Below are positions 60,750-64,000 of a stretch of DNA of 64,000 nucleotides, piece by piece. The DNA is taken from NCBI GenBank assembly GCA_965219995.1, contig CBDCOX010000002.1, positions 3,136,001 to 3,200,000 on the forward strand. Reading direction: 5' to 3'. Made by a program: the position numbers and the translations under genes. Every line of letters begins with the position of its first letter. Within the stretch, counting starts at the first letter, position 1. The notes beneath the pieces are model-generated. The model was not told the origin of the DNA. It searched no databases and saw only the letters and a list, made by a program, of their open reading frames with translations. This DNA comes from Candidatus Latescibacterota bacterium (lineage in GTDB: Bacteria > Latescibacterota > UBA2968 > GCA-2709665).

Positions 60750-63700
60750 ATGCCGGACGACCGTCCCGGTCCGCCTCCCGCCGACGTCGAGGCACGCATT
60801 CGGGCCCTTACCCATCACCAACGCACCATGCTCGTCGAGGCGGGCGCCGGCAGCGGCAAGACGGCGCTCATGGCCGGCAGAGCGGCGTTGCTCGTGGCCG
60901 GCGGCGTCGATCCGCGGAACATCGCCGCCATCACCTTTACCGAAGCGGCCGCCGCCGAGCTTCTGGAGCGGATCGAACGCATCGTAAGGGACCTCGGTTC
61001 AGGCAACGTGCCTACGGAACTCGCGCCGGCCCTGCCGTCGGGTCTCAGCGCAGCGCAACGCGCCAACCTGAAGAAAGGCGCCGACACGCTGGATGAGTTG
61101 ACGTGCACCACCATCCACGGCTTCTGCCAGAAACTGATCGCGCCGTATCCGGTGGAGTCGGGCCAGGACCCCGGCGCCACGATCGTCGATCCCGGTACGG
61201 CGGACCTCGTATTCGAGGACCTCGTGGACGCCTGGCTCTCGGCGCGGTTCGGACGGGACCCGCGACAGGACGCCCTGGGGCGTACGCCTCCAGTTGAGCC
61301 CGCAAGTTCGAACGGGGAGGACCTCTTCGCCGCTCTGATGCTCCAATCGCCGGATAAGACCCTGAATCTGATCCGGAGCGCCGCGCATTTTCTAAAGGAC
61401 CACCGGACGGCCGGGGTTGCCGTGTCGGACGTCGATTGGGAAGCCCATGGGAGATTCGTCGATAGTGTCCGCGTTTTCGCCGCCTGGTATCGCGACTGCG
61501 GCATCGAAGAACCGGGCGCGGCCGCGATCGTCGAAGACCTGCTGGGCGTGGTGGAAGCACTGGGCGAACCGGTTTCCGGTCCCGTTCCGGGCGAGCGCCT
61601 CGCCCAACTGCTTCATCACCGCCCTCCGGATCTGTACATGCAGGACAAACGTCGTTTCAAAATGTGGCGGGCCAAGGGGAAGTGGCAAACCGCGGCGAAG
61701 AACGCGGGTCTTCGTGCTTCCGACGGCGGACGGCTTTTCGCAGCAGGTTCGGAGTTGTACGAGTCGTGTAGCGATACGTACGTCGCATTTTGCGACGGTC
61801 TCGGTCGCATCGCGTTCCGGCGCTTCGTCGGCGAATTTGACGTCATCAGGGATCTCTACCGCGACTTCAAACGCGACGCGGCCCTGCTCGACTTCGACGA
61901 TCTGTTGTACCAGGCTCGAGGTCTCCTCAGGGACCACGAACCCGTCCGCAAGGCGCTGGCCGCGCGTTATTCCCACGTCCTGGTAGACGAATTTCAGGAC
62001 ACCGATCCCCTGCAGGCCGAGATCATATGGCGGCTCGCGGGCGAGGGCGATCCGAAGGACCCCTGGCAGGAACGCGTCATTCGTCCGGGCGCGCTGTTCC
62101 TTGTCGGAGACCCGAAACAGGCTATTTACAGGTTCCGCGGCGCGGACGTGCAGACGTACCTTACGGCCAGACACGCGCTGTCAAAGAGCGATTCCGCATC
62201 GATCCTCAGCATCACGGCGAACTTTCGCTCACGGGCGCCCATACTGGATTTCGTCAACCGTCACTTCGCGAGAATGCTGGAAAAGAAACAAGGGCAGCCC
62301 GGGTTCACGGCGCTCACGACAACACGCGAAGCGGACGACGATACCACCGGCGCGAGCGTCGCCGCTTTCGATATTGAAATCGACGAGGACCAAAAAGGCG
62401 GAAGGGGGCGACTGCTTACCGATCGGGTTCGTGAGAAAGAGGCCGGCATCGTCGCCGACGCCGTATCCAGGCTCATCGGCTCCTATACCGTATATGACAA
62501 GGATGAGGACAAATCGAGACCCGCGCAGCCGGACGACGTGGCGCTGCTTGCACCCACCGGTACCAGTCTCTGGATCTACGAGCGGGCGCTCGAGGAAAAG
62601 GGTATCCCTATCGCCACGCAGGCCGGCAAGGGCTTTTTTCAGCGGCAGGAAGTTCAGGACCTGATCGCAGTTGCCCGGGCGATCTCGGACGCCAGGGACA
62701 CGCTGGCGTTCGGCGCATTGATCCGCGGGCCGCTGGTGGGCCTTTCCGAAGAGCAGATTGCCGACGAAATTCTCGCGTTGCCGGTCTTCACGGAACGCAC
62801 CGTGCGCCTGGACGTCGATACCGATCCGTCATGTGTCTTGAGTCCGGTTTTGTGTCAGGCGCTCAAAGTCCTGCAACACTTGCGGAGGAAACGCCACCGC
62901 ACCACGCCCTATCAGATCATGGTGGAAGCGGTCGAGTCGCTTCACGTGCGTCCGATTCTAAGGGCGCGCCACCGGGAGGGCGCCGAACGTGCGCTGGCCA
63001 ACGTGGAACTGGTCCTGGAAATGGCGCGGCAATACGCGGGGAGGGGCATGGGAGACTTCGCCCGCGCACTCTGGCAGAAATGGGAAGACGAAGAAGCCCA
63101 GGTGGAAGGTCGACACGACGCCGCGACCGATGCCGTTTCGATCATCACCATGCATTCGGCCAAGGGCCTTGAATGGCCCATCGTGATCCCCATTAATTCG
63201 ACAACCGGCCTCAGGCGCGAGGAGGGATTTCTGTACAGGCGGCGAGACGACACCGTCCATTTCAAGGTCCTTGGCTTTGCGGACACCGAATATGAAGAGA
63301 CTATGCTGGAGGAAGCGGCAGAACTCACCAGGGAGCGCGTGAGGCTGTGGTACGTCGCGCTGACCCGCGCGCGGGACCTGCTGCTGCTCCCGAGGCAGAG
63401 TGAACGCGGCAAGTCGGACTGGTGGAGCCTGATTGACGTCGACGTGGATTCCCTTCCGGCTTTCGATGCCGGGCGGTTCGACGTCACTGAAGTGATTCCG
63501 CGCGCGCCAACACCCAACCTTCAGGACGCGGCGACGTGGAAACGGGAGCGGGCGGACATCGCCGACAACCTGCGGACGATCACCTGGCGCCGGCCCAGTC
63601 GTCACGAGGATGGGGAGCCGGTCGAAGAGACACAGCATACGACCGTATTCGCTGGCGAGGACGAGGCCAAAGAGGCCCCCGAAGAGCCGGCCGAGGTGAG

Positions 63701-64000
63701 ACCCGCTAAAACAGCATTGAAACGCGGTCTGATCCTGCACAAGCTGATGGAGGAAGTGCTCACCGGAGAAACGCCGGACGGGGAAGGTCCGTTACGGGCC
63801 CGCGCCGCGGAACTCATCGACCAGCAGGACCTCGTCGACGCCGCGGACGCGTCGTCCGACATTTCCAGCGTCCGGATGGCGGCCATGGTCGTCCGGACCC
63901 TGAATCGCCCCGAGATCGCGTCGCTGCGCCCGCGCCTGGCGCCCGAATGCTGGGTCTACGGCAGCGACGTCGATGGGCAGGAGACGTCGATTACCGCCGG
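60750..64000 (+). CDS. AddA/UvrD-like helicase-nuclease, 3' end outside window
   Basis: Manual translation MPDDRP...VEAGAGSGKT, AITFTEAAA.EL.ERI, TTIHGFC, LVDEFQDTDPLQ, VGDPKQAIYRFRGAD, ITMHSAKGLEWP, YVALTRAR, RGLILHKLMEE. Confidence 0.92.
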   Translation, partial: MPDDRPGPPPADVEARIRALTHHQRTMLVEAGAGSGKTALMAGRAALLVAGGVDPRNIAAITFTEAAAAELLERIERIVRDLGSGNVPTELAPALPSGLSAAQRANLKKGADTLDELTCTTIHGFCQKLIAPYPVESGQDPGATIVDPGTADLVFEDLVDAWLSARFGRDPRQDALGRTPPVEPASSNGEDLFAALMLQSPDKTLNLIRSAAHFLKDHRTAGVAVSDVDWEAHGRFVDSVRVFAAWYRDCGIEEPGAAAIVEDLLGVVEALGEPVSGPVPGERLAQLLHHRPPDLYMQDKRRFKMWRAKGKWQTAAKNAGLRASDGGRLFAAGSELYESCSDTYVAFCDGLGRIAFRRFVGEFDVIRDLYRDFKRDAALLDFDDLLYQARGLLRDHEPVRKALAARYSHVLVDEFQDTDPLQAEIIWRLAGEGDPKDPWQERVIRPGALFLVGDPKQAIYRFRGADVQTYLTARHALSKSDSASILSITANFRSRAPILDFVNRHFARMLEKKQGQPGFTALTTTREADDDTTGASVAAFDIEIDEDQKGGRGRLLTDRVREKEAGIVADAVSRLIGSYTVYDKDEDKSRPAQPDDVALLAPTGTSLWIYERALEEKGIPIATQAGKGFFQRQEVQDLIAVARAISDARDTLAFGALIRGPLVGLSEEQIADEILALPVFTERTVRLDVDTDPSCVLSPVLCQALKVLQHLRRKRHRTTPYQIMVEAVESLHVRPILRARHREGAERALANVELVLEMARQYAGRGMGDFARALWQKWEDEEAQVEGRHDAATDAVSIITMHSAKGLEWPIVIPINSTTGLRREEGFLYRRRDDTVHFKVLGFADTEYEETMLEEAAELTRERVRLWYVALTRARDLLLLPRQSERGKSDWWSLIDVDVDSLPAFDAGRFDVTEVIPRAPTPNLQDAATWKRERADIADNLRTITWRRPSRHEDGEPVEETQHTTVFAGEDEAKEAPEEPAEVRPAKTALKRGLILHKLMEEVLTGETPDGEGPLRARAAELIDQQDLVDAADASSDISSVRMAAMVVRTLNRPEIASLRPRLAPECWVYGSDVDGQETSITA

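Overview
GC-rich bacterial chromosome segment. Gene content suggests an FCB-group, Latescibacterota-like and possibly sponge-associated organism (inference from dockerin-tailed secreted proteins, WD40/TPR proteins, PhyH and a Bacteroidota-type sigma54 activator). Core genes: rplI-rpsR-rpsF, Na+-PPase hppA, pth, rplY, tRNA-Gln, ispE, degP, xerD, ogt, uvrC, hisGDCB, a surface-glycosylation cluster and an AddAB-like nuclease/helicase pair. The striking feature is the intergenic DNA. About 16 loci are built from one modular element: inverted arms of the 7-mer GAGACG(G/T) enclosing interchangeable spacer modules (B, C, D). All loci have the same + strand polarity regardless of gene direction, and their TAAA termini often supply the neighbouring stop codon. 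A four-helix-bundle (23S-IVS/Avd-like) gene lies between two near-identical copies. Five other accessory genes (GIY-YIG nuclease, DUF433 antitoxin, two large secreted proteins, a GT-C-like membrane protein) are each bracketed by their own matched direct repeats. This suggests an undescribed repeat-mediated gene-cassette system. All repeat comparisons were made by eye.
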